A DNA stretch of 64,000 nucleotides from an uncultured Sphaerobacteraceae bacterium (GCA_964434995.1 CAYSXO010000001.1:14900-78899), one strand, 5' to 3'. Counted from the first letter of the stretch, positions 48,342-57,448 are shown. Made by a program: numbers and translations. Notes: a model not told the origin generated them from the sequence alone.

Positions 48342-48990
48342 GCGCCGTACAGGTTGCGCACGTCGGGTTCGCCGACAGGGCTATCCTACGGCCTGCATTG
48401 TACGACTTCAATACCGCCCGCTGGATTAACCATGTGGACATCAATTCCGCGGCCCCCGCTGCGGCCGACGCTCCGCGCCTGATAGCCAAGTCGGATGAAT
48501 ACCTCCATCGCCAGATGTTCGAGGTCGGACCACGCTAGTACAGAAATCCACTGCTGTGGCGGTCCAGTGTAAGCCGAGCCATACTCGGCCCCAAAGCGTT
48601 TCATTAATTGCTGCCAATGCCAGACTTTCACGCGGCGCGCATGTTCATTCTTGCGTTTCAGCCAAAGCCCGAGGAATATGAAGGCTGGCAGGCCAGTCAA
48701 GATTAACAGCACTGCAACCATAACAGCAGCGCCAGCTCAGGGTTTTGCGTAAGCGCCGACAGAATGCCGCTAATGGCGCCGAGCGCTACATAGACAACCA
48801 GGCCAATAAACAGGACTGGCCCCACACACGGCATGCTTGCCACGGTCGAGCTCCGGCGGCCTCGGCGGCGCGAAGGAATATCACCGAATGCCCAGTCCGA
48901 AGCGGCTCATCGCCTTCGGCGCTTGGGCGCCGTAAGGTCGTAGCCAAGTTCGCACCAAAGGTCCGAGTCACGTTTGCGGCGGCGTGGCAT
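48319..48990 (-). pseudogene. Decayed membrane-anchored Mrr-like (Mrr_cat) restriction-endonuclease-domain gene
   Basis: ORF 48386-48721 has a TM helix followed by 'WSDLEHLAMEVFIRLGYQARSVGRSGGRGIDVHMVNPAGGIEVVQCRP', which is Mrr_cat-like. An in-frame TAG (48386-48388) follows, then 'SPVGEPDVRNLYGAMM'. Upstream, in another frame, is a second TM segment (ATG 48834), itself in frame with an ATG at 48990 apart from one TGA (48907-48909). That makes at least three lesions. The N-terminal extension is speculative. Confidence 0.4.
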
Positions 48991-49072
48991 GGTTCTACCT
49001 CGTGTGCCCGGAGAACATCAAATGGGTCTTCGATTATCGTTTTCGTTCATGTGGCAGTCGCCTCCGCAGGAG

Positions 49073-51976
49073 TCAGAATTCATCGGCGGCATCCTCCAGG
49101 GCATCGTCCAGATCGTCCGTAGCCTGATCTGGCAAGAGATACATGGAACATACCTTGCGCACCCCCTGGAGCTCTATCTTGTGCGCCTTCGCCCACACCC
49201 GGACGGCTTGATTAGCTAGCCGTTCGACCTTCGCGGCCGGTACAGGAGCGCGCGCCTCATCCTCCGGGCATGCCAGCAAGTCCAAGACCTCAAGGTCGTC
49301 CTTGTCTTCAAGCTGGCGCAGTGAAGCGTTATACACAATAGGGAATAGCTGGTCGTCCACGCGAACGAGCACATAAACCAGACGGTGATCGTTCGGAGAG
49401 CGCCGAGCGCTTTGAAGATTGTCCTGGAGAGCGAGTGCGCGTTCGCGATGCTGCTCCAACACGGCGGTATGGGTAATCGAGGGCGTTACCGGAATGCCGC
49501 CCAGGTCATTGAGGATGTCGGTATCGCGTATGAGCACGTCCACATCGCGCTCATCATCGAGGGAGACTACCTGCTCGGGAGAATCGGTCAGGATGGGTGA
49601 GCCGAGGATTTGTTTGGAACGCTCATGGCGCCGGGTGGCTCGGCGAAAGACGTCCTGGATAATTCGGTTAATGGCACCAGGTTCCGGATGGTCAATTACG
49701 GAAGGAACCATGGTATAGAGGTGAATGACCCGAAACGGATCGGCCGTCATGCGCAGGATACGTCCGGCGCGCTGGAAGAGACGGTCAGCACCTTCGGGTG
49801 GGTCATAATTGACGATGGTGTCAGCGTCTTGCAGGTTGACCCCAATGCCGTCGGCATCCGAGCAAATGAGGACATCGAATTCCTGCTCCCACATGATCAG
49901 GTCGTGGGACCGCGGGGAAAAGCTCTTGAGGATCTGCTGGCGCTCGTGACTGGGCTTAAGCTTGGGGGCATCGCCCGGCTCAACGGTACAGCCGATGCGT
50001 AGGGCGGGCAGGCTGTGACCAATCGCCTGGATCAAGTAGGTGGCAGTGTTGTACAGACCGACAAAGATGATGACTTTGCCCCCATCCCGGCAGTGCTGAC
50101 GCAAGATCGCCAACAGCTTTGCTAGTTTGTCGTCCTGCTTGTAGCCCATATCTGCCAGGCGCTGGGCCAAGGGTTGTAGCACCGGCAAGCGCTCGGCGGC
50201 GGTGAGCTTCAGAGGAGTCTCGAAGCGATGGCTGGTGCCTGTCCGACGGCGCTCTGATTGGCTGCGCCTGGCGCGCGGCACCTCACGAGGGGCGTTGCCC
50301 CAAAAGTCCTGGGCCATGCCCACTTCGGCGGGTTGGTCGGGATCGGGGGTCGAGAGGTTTTTCAACACACTCGCGCGAAAGGCGGGTGGTGAGCTAAGCC
50401 AGCTTGAAATAGCAGAATTGAACACGGTGTCAATCAGGCCTGGGCGGATTTCTCGGCTAGCGTCGTCGAAGTACTCCTGACGGAACTTGTTCTGCTGGTC
50501 AAAATAGCCATCCTGCAAGACGCCCTGCACCGCCTCCGCCTCGGGCAGGTCATAGCGCACAGCGGATAGGCGCAGCTTGTGAGGGAGGTAGCGCCGCTCC
50601 CCACCGAACTGGATGAAAGTTCGTCCGTTCTCGTCAACGTCGCCTCGCTGGCGGGCAATGTTCAAGACGTGGGGCAAGCCCAGGACGGTCACAACGTGCA
50701 AGCGCGCAAAGGCGTCAGCGTCTGGCGCCGTCCACGGACCATTGCGGGTGCCCAGGAGATTAATCACCGGCATTCGGTGCGGCAACAGATGCAACAAGCT
50801 ATCGAGATTCTGCAGGTTGGTACCATAGGCTGTGGCCGTGAGCAGGACCACCTTGGAGCCGCGCTCATTGGCGGCGGTGTTGATGCGGTCGAAGACCAGA
50901 CTGTGCTTGCGCTTGCGGCGGGCCATCAACTCGTTGCGGTACCAGTGCGCTTCGTCAATGATGATCGTGGTGTCCGAATCGGCCAGCGCCAATTGTCGAT
51001 CCAGGGCAGAGGCCTGGTGATGATCTTGCATGGCTTTTTTGAACAAGATGCTGTTGTTAAAGTGTTTGTAGTTCAGGTCGCGGCCGTCGCACTCGCCCTC
51101 CCAGTTGGTTTGAACTCCCTTGGGAGTAATCAGGATGAAGCGCCTGGCCTTGCCGGCGGCAACTAACCGGCTGGCGATTTCCGCGCCGATGACGGTCTTG
51201 CCCAGGCCGGTGGCGGCAACCACACAAGCCCCACCCCACTCACTAATCTGGCGAAGGGCTCGGGCGATGACGCCCTTCTGATAGTAGAGTGGCGGGTGCG
51301 CGCCCAAGCCGGTGCGAACATCGCGGTCGGGCAGGTCGTTGAGGGCCAACAGGGTCTTGAGATAGATGTCGAAGGGCTCGGCGAGCCGGAGCCAGCCTTC
51401 CAGGATCTGGATCAGTTTCTCGACCAGATCGGTGGCCTGGGTGAAGTAGTCCTCATACTGCTGGGTGAAGTAGGTGATTTGGTCTGGATCGCGAATGAGG
51501 GCGACTTGCTCAATGGAGACCATCAACCCCTGGCGCGAGAAGTTCGAGGACCCATGCCACATGGCTTTGTCATCAATGATGTAGAACTTGCAGTGGAAGG
51601 GCACCTCCATGGCCCGTGCATCCACAATCTTGAACTGGCCGGCGCGCAGCTTGCGCACCAGTTCGTCCACGGTTTGCCACAAGTCGGTGTCGCAGCGCTG
51701 CAGGTCTTCCCAGATCTCATCCAGAATCGCCTGGCGAACGTTGCGCCCGTCTTCCTTACCGACCAGGATGCGGAACTGCACCTCTTCCGCGATGTGTTTG
51801 CGGCCCAGCTTGTAGCCGCTGAGCGTGAAGTAGGCGCTGGCAATGCGAACGATTAGTTCAGCTTCGGGAAAGTACACCTTGACGAACTGATAGGGCGCTC
51901 GCGGGCCGACCCCCGACAGAGGCCGCCCGTCAGGGCCGAGGGGTAGGTCTAGTTTTGGATTGGGCGTTGCCATCAT
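49073..51976 (-). CDS. PLD-family (single HKD) nuclease domain fused to an SF2 (SNF2/ResIII-type DEAH) helicase with a ~230-aa C-terminal extension
   Basis: HKD motif: 'HCKFYIIDDKAMWHGSSNFS'. Helicase motifs: motif I 'AATGLGKT', motif II 'IIIDEAHWYRN', motif III 'LLTATAY', and motifs V/VI 'SDADGIGVNLQDADTIVNYDPPEGADRLFQRAGRILR'. The start is probably the ATGATG at 51976/51973, with AAGGGGG 8 nt upstream; the tracked ORF runs to 52021. Confidence 0.85.
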   Translation of the reverse strand: MMATPNPKLDLPLGPDGRPLSGVGPRAPYQFVKVYFPEAELIVRIASAYFTLSGYKLGRKHIAEEVQFRILVGKEDGRNVRQAILDEIWEDLQRCDTDLWQTVDELVRKLRAGQFKIVDARAMEVPFHCKFYIIDDKAMWHGSSNFSRQGLMVSIEQVALIRDPDQITYFTQQYEDYFTQATDLVEKLIQILEGWLRLAEPFDIYLKTLLALNDLPDRDVRTGLGAHPPLYYQKGVIARALRQISEWGGACVVAATGLGKTVIGAEIASRLVAAGKARRFILITPKGVQTNWEGECDGRDLNYKHFNNSILFKKAMQDHHQASALDRQLALADSDTTIIIDEAHWYRNELMARRKRKHSLVFDRINTAANERGSKVVLLTATAYGTNLQNLDSLLHLLPHRMPVINLLGTRNGPWTAPDADAFARLHVVTVLGLPHVLNIARQRGDVDENGRTFIQFGGERRYLPHKLRLSAVRYDLPEAEAVQGVLQDGYFDQQNKFRQEYFDDASREIRPGLIDTVFNSAISSWLSSPPAFRASVLKNLSTPDPDQPAEVGMAQDFWGNAPREVPRARRSQSERRRTGTSHRFETPLKLTAAERLPVLQPLAQRLADMGYKQDDKLAKLLAILRQHCRDGGKVIIFVGLYNTATYLIQAIGHSLPALRIGCTVEPGDAPKLKPSHERQQILKSFSPRSHDLIMWEQEFDVLICSDADGIGVNLQDADTIVNYDPPEGADRLFQRAGRILRMTADPFRVIHLYTMVPSVIDHPEPGAINRIIQDVFRRATRRHERSKQILGSPILTDSPEQVVSLDDERDVDVLIRDTDILNDLGGIPVTPSITHTAVLEQHRERALALQDNLQSARRSPNDHRLVYVLVRVDDQLFPIVYNASLRQLEDKDDLEVLDLLACPEDEARAPVPAAKVERLANQAVRVWAKAHKIELQGVRKVCSMYLLPDQATDDLDDALEDAADEF

Positions 51977-52252
51977 ACGCAGCCCCCTTGTGGAAACGGC
52001 ACCCCGCAGGGCGAAGTCCATATTCTAGCCCGACGCAGGATGGAGTGAAAGCGCGGAAGGATTACATAAGCGCTGCCGCCGATGGCGACGACAGCGGGCC
52101 TGGCTGGCGTGAGCGGGTATATAATCGGTTCCAAGACGCTCATCATCCAGACAAGCGCGGTCTGCGCCAGGGGCAACCTAGCCACGAGCCTTTCACCCGG
52201 GCCGTTCGCGCAACGATACGCGGGCGGCCCGGTTTGTTTGCGATTGGAGCAC

Positions 52253-53887
52253 ATGGCAAAGCGAGCACCGTATAAGACGGGGGCATCCCCCACCAAGGGC
52301 AAGCGTGGGGCGAAAGCCAAAGGCAACGGCGCCAACCTGGGCTTCGAGGAGAAGCTGTGGCAGGCGGCGGATAAGCTGCGCGGCCACCTGGACCCGGCCG
52401 AGTATAAGCACGTGGTGCTGGGTTTGGTCTTCCTCAAATACATCTCCGACGCCTTCGAGGAGCGCCGTACGTGGCTCCTTCGCGAAGCCGCCGACCCCGC
52501 CAGCGCCTACTACATCAAGGACGAGGCCGGGCGCTACGAAGCCGCCGAAGAGCGCGACGAGTACACCGCCGAGAATATCTTCTGGGTGCCGGTGAAGGCG
52601 CGCTGGCCGTACATTCAAGACCGCGCCAAACAGCCCGACATCGGCAAGGTCATTGACGACGCCATGCTCGCCATCGAGAAGGACAATCCCAGCCTCAAGG
52701 GCGTGCTCACCAAGGACTATGCCCGCCCCGCCCTCGACAAGCAGCGGCTGGGCGAGCTAATTGACCTGGTGGGCACCATCGGCCTGGGCGACAAGGAGAG
52801 CCGCGCCAAGGACGTGCTGGGCCGCGTGTATGAATACTTCCTGGGCCGCTTTGCCAGCGCCGAGGGCAAGGGCGGTGGCGAGTTCTACACGCCGCAGTCG
52901 GTTGTGCGCCTGCTGGTGGAGATGCTGGAACCTTACAAGGGCCGCGTCTACGACCCCTGCTGCGGCTCCGGCGGCATGTTCGTCCAGTCCGAGAAGTTCG
53001 TCCTTGCCCACGGCGGCCGCATCGGCGACCTCGCCATCTACGGGCAGGAGAGCAACCCCACCACCTGGCGGCTGGCGAAGATGAACCTCGCCATCCGCGC
53101 CATTGACGGCAACTTGGGCCGCGAGAACGCCGACAGCTTCCACCGCGACCTGCACCCCGACCTGCGCGCCGACTTCATCCTCGCCAACCCGCCCTTCAAC
53201 GTCAGCGACTGGGGCGGCGACCGCGTGCGCGACGATGTGCGCTGGCAGTTTGGCGCGCCGCCGGCCGGCAACGCCAACTTCGCTTGGGTGCAGCACATGG
53301 TCCACCACCTCGCCCCCGGCGGCGTGGCCGGCTTCGTCCTCGCCAACGGCTCCATGTCCTCCAACACCAGCGGCGAGGGCGACATCCGCCAGCGCCTGGT
53401 TGAAGCGGATTTAGTGGACTGCATGGTGGCCCTGCCCGGCCAGCTTTTCTACACCACCCAGATCCCCGTCTGCCTGTGGTTCTTGGCCCGCAACAAGTCA
53501 AACGGTAAGTTCCGCGACCGGCGCAGGGAGACCCTGTTCGTTGACGCCCGCAAGCTCGGCCACCTGGTGGACCGCACCCACCGCGAGCTATCCGACGCCG
53601 ACCTCGCCCGCATCACCGCCGCCTACCACGCCTGGCGCGGGGAGAAGGAAGCCGGTGACTACGCTGATGTGCCCGGCTTCTGCAAGAGCACCGCTACCAA
53701 CGAGATCGCCGCCCACGGCTACGTTCTCACTCCTGGGCGCTATGTGGGCGCCGAAGAAGCCGAAGACGACGGCGAGCCATTCGAAGCGAAGTTATCCAGG
53801 TTGACCGCGAAGCTAGAAGAACAATTCGCCGAATCATCGAGGCTGCAGGAACTGATTAGAGCTTCACTCGCACAATTGAAGAAATGA
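52253..53887 (+). CDS. hsdM: Type I restriction-modification system, N6-adenine DNA methyltransferase subunit
   Basis: The ATG at 52253 (GGAG upstream) gives '[36 protein letters not shown]', the HsdM N-terminal domain. Motifs: '[10 protein letters not shown]', motif I '[12 protein letters not shown]', motif IV 'ILANPPFN'. Confidence 0.95.
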   Translation: MAKRAPYKTGASPTKGKRGAKAKGNGANLGFEEKLWQAADKLRGHLDPAEYKHVVLGLVFLKYISDAFEERRTWLLREAADPASAYYIKDEAGRYEAAEERDEYTAENIFWVPVKARWPYIQDRAKQPDIGKVIDDAMLAIEKDNPSLKGVLTKDYARPALDKQRLGELIDLVGTIGLGDKESRAKDVLGRVYEYFLGRFASAEGKGGGEFYTPQSVVRLLVEMLEPYKGRVYDPCCGSGGMFVQSEKFVLAHGGRIGDLAIYGQESNPTTWRLAKMNLAIRAIDGNLGRENADSFHRDLHPDLRADFILANPPFNVSDWGGDRVRDDVRWQFGAPPAGNANFAWVQHMVHHLAPGGVAGFVLANGSMSSNTSGEGDIRQRLVEADLVDCMVALPGQLFYTTQIPVCLWFLARNKSNGKFRDRRRETLFVDARKLGHLVDRTHRELSDADLARITAAYHAWRGEKEAGDYADVPGFCKSTATNEIAAHGYVLTPGRYVGAEEAEDDGEPFEAKLSRLTAKLEEQFAESSRLQELIRASLAQLKK

Positions 53888-53888
53888 T

Positions 53889-55280
53889 ATGCAATCGGAC
53901 CAGGATAGTGTGACCTTACAATCGAACTGGGAAGTTCGCACAGCAGGTGAAGTGTGCGACTTCATAGTTGACTGTATACACGACACCCCAGACCTCTCAA
54001 CTGAGGACACCGGGTACTACATGATCCGCACCTCAGATGTTGGCAATGGGCATATTGAATTAGACACTGCCCGCTGGGTAACTAGGGAAACTTACGACTT
54101 TCGAATACGGCGAGGCGTGCCCAGGTGGGGCGACATCATATTGTCGCGGGAGGCTCCACTTGGAAATGTAGGACAAATCTTGGATGACAAGCCTATTTGC
54201 CTTGGGCAACGCCTAATACACTTTCGACCCGATGAAAGAATTGTTGATGCCCGATTCTTGCTCTATGCCTTTTTGAGCCCGCAAGTTCAACATGAACTCC
54301 ACTCTCATGGTGGAACTGGCTCAGTTGTCGACAACTTGAGAATGCAACATGCACGCGAGTTAAAGCTGCCAATCCCGCCGCTTGATGTACAGAAACGCAT
54401 CGCTGACATTCTTGGCTCTCTCGACGACAAAATCGCCCTCAACCGCCGCCTCAACGCCACCCTCGAAGCCCTCGCCCGCGCCCTGTTCAAATCCTGGTTC
54501 GTGGACTTTGACCCCGTGCGCGCCAAGGCCGCTGGCCGCCAGCCGGCAGGGATGGACGCGGCGACGGCGGCGCTGTTCCCGGATGGCTTTGAAGAAACAG
54601 AGATAGGCGAGGTGCCGCGAGGATGGTCTGCATTGGTCACAAATGACATTGCAGAGTTCGTTTTGGGCGGTGATTGGGGCGTTGATTCCAATGAGGACGG
54701 ATTGCTGGTTCCGACCTTGTGCATTCGTGGAGCAGATATTCCAGACCTGCAATCAGGCGGTACTGGAAAGATGCCTACTCGCTACTTAAGCGAATCGAGT
54801 CTAAACAGACGCCGCCTGCAGCCCGGTGATTTGGTGATTGAAATATCAGGCGGTAGCCCGACACAATCAACAGGACGGCCAGTTTTCATATCGGCCAACC
54901 TCTTGCAGCGAGTATCATTGCCGATCGTGTGCTCTAACTTTTGTCGCATGTTTCGACCAAAACACGCGCGATATTCCCAATTTCTGTACTTATGGTTGCG
55001 CTGGCTTTACACGAGTGGAGATTTCTTCCAGTACGAAAACGGCACGACTGGCATAAAGAATCTTGCATTCTCAACGTTTTGCCAGATTCATCCAGTGGTC
55101 ATGCCCGCAGATTCAGTACTCGATGCCTTCAACAAGACTGTTTCACCGCTGCTCAATATGATTCAAACGAATGGTGCTCAATCGAGAACCCTCGCAAATA
55201 CGAGGGATGTTCTGCTGCCGAGGCTGATGAGCGGAGCAGTATACATTCGACCAGCTCGCCTGGCAGATGGAGGATCGTAA
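53889..55280 (+). CDS. hsdS: Type I restriction-modification system, specificity subunit (two target-recognition domains)
   Basis: The start lies 1 nt after the hsdM stop. The central conserved helix is 'QKRIADILGSLDDKIALNRRLNATLEALARALFKSWFVDFDPV' and the C-terminal conserved region is 'LANTRDVLLPRLMSGAV'. Two variable TRDs of lower GC flank the high-GC conserved core. Confidence 0.9.
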   Translation: MQSDQDSVTLQSNWEVRTAGEVCDFIVDCIHDTPDLSTEDTGYYMIRTSDVGNGHIELDTARWVTRETYDFRIRRGVPRWGDIILSREAPLGNVGQILDDKPICLGQRLIHFRPDERIVDARFLLYAFLSPQVQHELHSHGGTGSVVDNLRMQHARELKLPIPPLDVQKRIADILGSLDDKIALNRRLNATLEALARALFKSWFVDFDPVRAKAAGRQPAGMDAATAALFPDGFEETEIGEVPRGWSALVTNDIAEFVLGGDWGVDSNEDGLLVPTLCIRGADIPDLQSGGTGKMPTRYLSESSLNRRRLQPGDLVIEISGGSPTQSTGRPVFISANLLQRVSLPIVCSNFCRMFRPKHARYSQFLYLWLRWLYTSGDFFQYENGTTGIKNLAFSTFCQIHPVVMPADSVLDAFNKTVSPLLNMIQTNGAQSRTLANTRDVLLPRLMSGAVYIRPARLADGGS

Positions 55281-55283
55281 GAG

Positions 55284-56114
55284 GTGCTTGCTAATAATCC
55301 GGCCCTTGTCTGGCTGAGCGACCCAGCAAATGTACAGGGACTACTGCCGAGCAAAATTCGACTGGACAAACTCTTGGCGCACGGTGGCCAGGGTGTCGTT
55401 CATCAAGGCTGGGTCAGCCAAGAAAATGCTGCGATCAAAATCTACCTTCCAGGACAGTTACATACGCGAATCGAACGCGAGGTGGATGCACTACGGAAGA
55501 TTATCTCGCCCAGTGTGGTCAAGTTGCTATGGTATGGGTCGATTCCATATGGGACGTATCAACTACCCGTTGTTGCCACTTCGCTCGTTCCCGGAGAGCC
55601 GCTTACAGCGATGATTGCACGCGGAGCAATCTCACACTCGACGATGGATCATATCGCGTTTGATATTGCCGATGCGATTGATTCGATCTGGCAACACCGT
55701 ATCGTTCACCGGGATATTAAGCCAAGTAACATTCTTGTTCAACCTAACGGCCAAGCCTGTGTTATCGATCTTGGTATTGCCCGCCACCTAGACAAGTCAA
55801 CTTTGACGGCGCTCGGGTTTACGGGAGGCACCGTAGGTTATCTGTCGCCTGAGCAGTGTAAAGCTGCGCGGAGTTTGACGTGCAAATCTGATGTTTACGC
55901 ATTGGGAGTCATTCTCCTTGAGTGCGCCATGGGGCGCCACCCTACCAATCTCGATCAGCAACAGCTAGTCAACAGCAAGTTTCATCTTTCATTGCCTTTG
56001 GAAGCTCGTCAATGGAACCATGCCCGGTTGCTTCGGGACATGCTGCATGAAAACCCAGCGAACCGACCAAAGCCTCGCCGGATCAAACAAGTCTTGAGTC
56101 AGAACTCGCCTTAG
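55284..56114 (+). CDS. Stand-alone Hanks-type (eukaryotic-like) Ser/Thr protein kinase, catalytic domain only
   Basis: The GTG start lies 3 nt after the hsdS TAA. Subdomains can be read off directly: Gly-rich 'HGGQGVV', 'AAIKIY' (Lys), 'EREVDALRKI' (alphaC Glu), 'HRDIKPSNIL', 'DLG' (a DFG variant), 'GTVGYLSPE', 'SDVYALGVILLE' and 'NPANRP'. There is no extra domain (276 aa). Confidence 0.85.
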   Translation: MLANNPALVWLSDPANVQGLLPSKIRLDKLLAHGGQGVVHQGWVSQENAAIKIYLPGQLHTRIEREVDALRKIISPSVVKLLWYGSIPYGTYQLPVVATSLVPGEPLTAMIARGAISHSTMDHIAFDIADAIDSIWQHRIVHRDIKPSNILVQPNGQACVIDLGIARHLDKSTLTALGFTGGTVGYLSPEQCKAARSLTCKSDVYALGVILLECAMGRHPTNLDQQQLVNSKFHLSLPLEARQWNHARLLRDMLHENPANRPKPRRIKQVLSQNSP

Positions 56115-56131
56115 TCTTGTCAGGAGGGGAA

Positions 56132-57448
56132 ATGACCTTCATAGCGAACTTGGGTTACACCTTTGGACTTCCTCAGAGCGTCAACCTCGATACTAGCATC
56201 CTTGCTAGTAGCACGATGCCGTCCTTTCAACTTCAACGACGAAAACTGGGCAAATATCCGTACCTTAAACATCGTATGTTCGATCCGCAGTTGTACTTGG
56301 CTGGGCTAGATGCTGCGGAAAGCCCCAAGCACTGCACATACCTCGCAAGTTATCCCTGGTTCGGCGTCAGGAACTTGCCTGAGTATGACAGCGAGATTCA
56401 GAAGCAGAAGGACTGGAACGACGAAATAAAGTCAAAGATTGCGGCTGTTTGGCCCAGGCACTCCCCAAACACTCCTGGTGAGATAGACGTCTTTAGCCGC
56501 GATTGTGTTACTTTTCAAGATCGGCTTGGATGTGACCAAATCATTCTTCCTAGCCCGCTGAGTACTGATGTGAACTCTGACTATAGTGAGGAATTGGCGT
56601 GGTTGGATGCTGGACTGGACTATGTGGAGTATCTGAGGACAGCGCATGGCCTCAGTGCCCCCGTTCTCTCGACCTTAGCGTTGGCTGACGTGTGTCTGCG
56701 CTATCTGGCCCCTAGCTCTAACAGTTTTCTCGATCTCATAGTGGACAATATCAGTGCCCGAGATGTGGACGGGGTGTATATCGTTGTCGAGCAGGGTTCG
56801 GAGACTGCAATGGAGCGCCAGTGCGGCAATACTTGGGTGCTTCAATCCATCCTTCACTTAGTACACGAGTTCGCGGTTAACGCCAAGATTAAGGTTGTTG
56901 TGAACTATTTGGGAATGTTTGGGTTGGTCTGCGAAGCGGCGGGGGCAAGTGCGTGGGCGAGTAATTGGTACAAGAGCCTATATCGGCTTCGACTTGCTGA
57001 CAAATTGGCCGGCGGGCGCGTATACCCGTCTTTTTGGAGTCACAGTTCGGCGGCCGACATTCACATGGATACTGAGTTCGACCGTATTGTAAGCGGCGGA
57101 GGACTGAACTTAATAGCAGATCGGACAATTGCTTCTTCCGGTCTCCTAGAAGCGGCCAGGCAGAACCGCAAAGCCGCTGAGATTCCTGCTTGGCAGTATC
57201 GCCAAGGCAATGGCGAAGCCGCCCGGGAGCACTTCTTATTGTCTGCGATAAATGCAGAACGAGAACATTCAGGATTCGATGGTCAGCAACGGAGGGATTA
57301 CGTTCATCAGTGGTTAACACAAGCAGTGAAGAACTCAGCAGCAGTCGCGCGCATCCTGGGCACTGAACCTCCCCCCAGGACACAGGTTCAACACGTTCAG
57401 GCGTGGCTTACAGCATTTGAGGGATACCGTCGGGACCATAATTGCTGA
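56132..57448 (+). CDS. 438-aa protein of unknown function (no motif recognised), co-operonic with the kinase
   Basis: The ATG at 56132 lies behind a strong RBS AGGAGGGG (56122-56129), 17 nt after the kinase stop. The ORF is long and uninterrupted in a low-GC segment where random ORFs are unlikely. Alternating hydrophobic strand-like segments ('RMFDPQLYL', 'DQIILPSPL', 'GVYIVVEQ', 'IKVVVNYLG') suggest an alpha/beta fold. Confidence 0.7.
   Translation: MTFIANLGYTFGLPQSVNLDTSILASSTMPSFQLQRRKLGKYPYLKHRMFDPQLYLAGLDAAESPKHCTYLASYPWFGVRNLPEYDSEIQKQKDWNDEIKSKIAAVWPRHSPNTPGEIDVFSRDCVTFQDRLGCDQIILPSPLSTDVNSDYSEELAWLDAGLDYVEYLRTAHGLSAPVLSTLALADVCLRYLAPSSNSFLDLIVDNISARDVDGVYIVVEQGSETAMERQCGNTWVLQSILHLVHEFAVNAKIKVVVNYLGMFGLVCEAAGASAWASNWYKSLYRLRLADKLAGGRVYPSFWSHSSAADIHMDTEFDRIVSGGGLNLIADRTIASSGLLEAARQNRKAAEIPAWQYRQGNGEAAREHFLLSAINAEREHSGFDGQQRRDYVHQWLTQAVKNSAAVARILGTEPPPRTQVQHVQAWLTAFEGYRRDHNC

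Noticed and set aside
48703-48834. A 43-codon hydrophobic minus-strand ORF (MPCVGPVLFIGLVVYVALGAISGILSALTQNPELALLLWLQCC). It was considered as an independent small membrane protein or toxin gene.
   Set aside because: It overlaps the start of the Mrr-like ORF and is in frame with further upstream sequence. It is more parsimoniously a displaced transmembrane segment of the same decayed gene.
52118-52125. TATATAAT upstream of hsdM, considered as the hsdMS promoter -10 box.
   Set aside because: No acceptable -35 element or TG extension lies at the right spacing. It is kept only as a remark in a finding, not as a feature.
56117-56131. The tracked TTG start (56117) of the orphan gene, 2 nt after the kinase stop.
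   Set aside because: The in-frame ATG at 56132 has a strong AGGAGGGG RBS at ideal spacing, and that RBS would lie inside the coding sequence if TTG were used. ATG is preferred, although TTG cannot be excluded.
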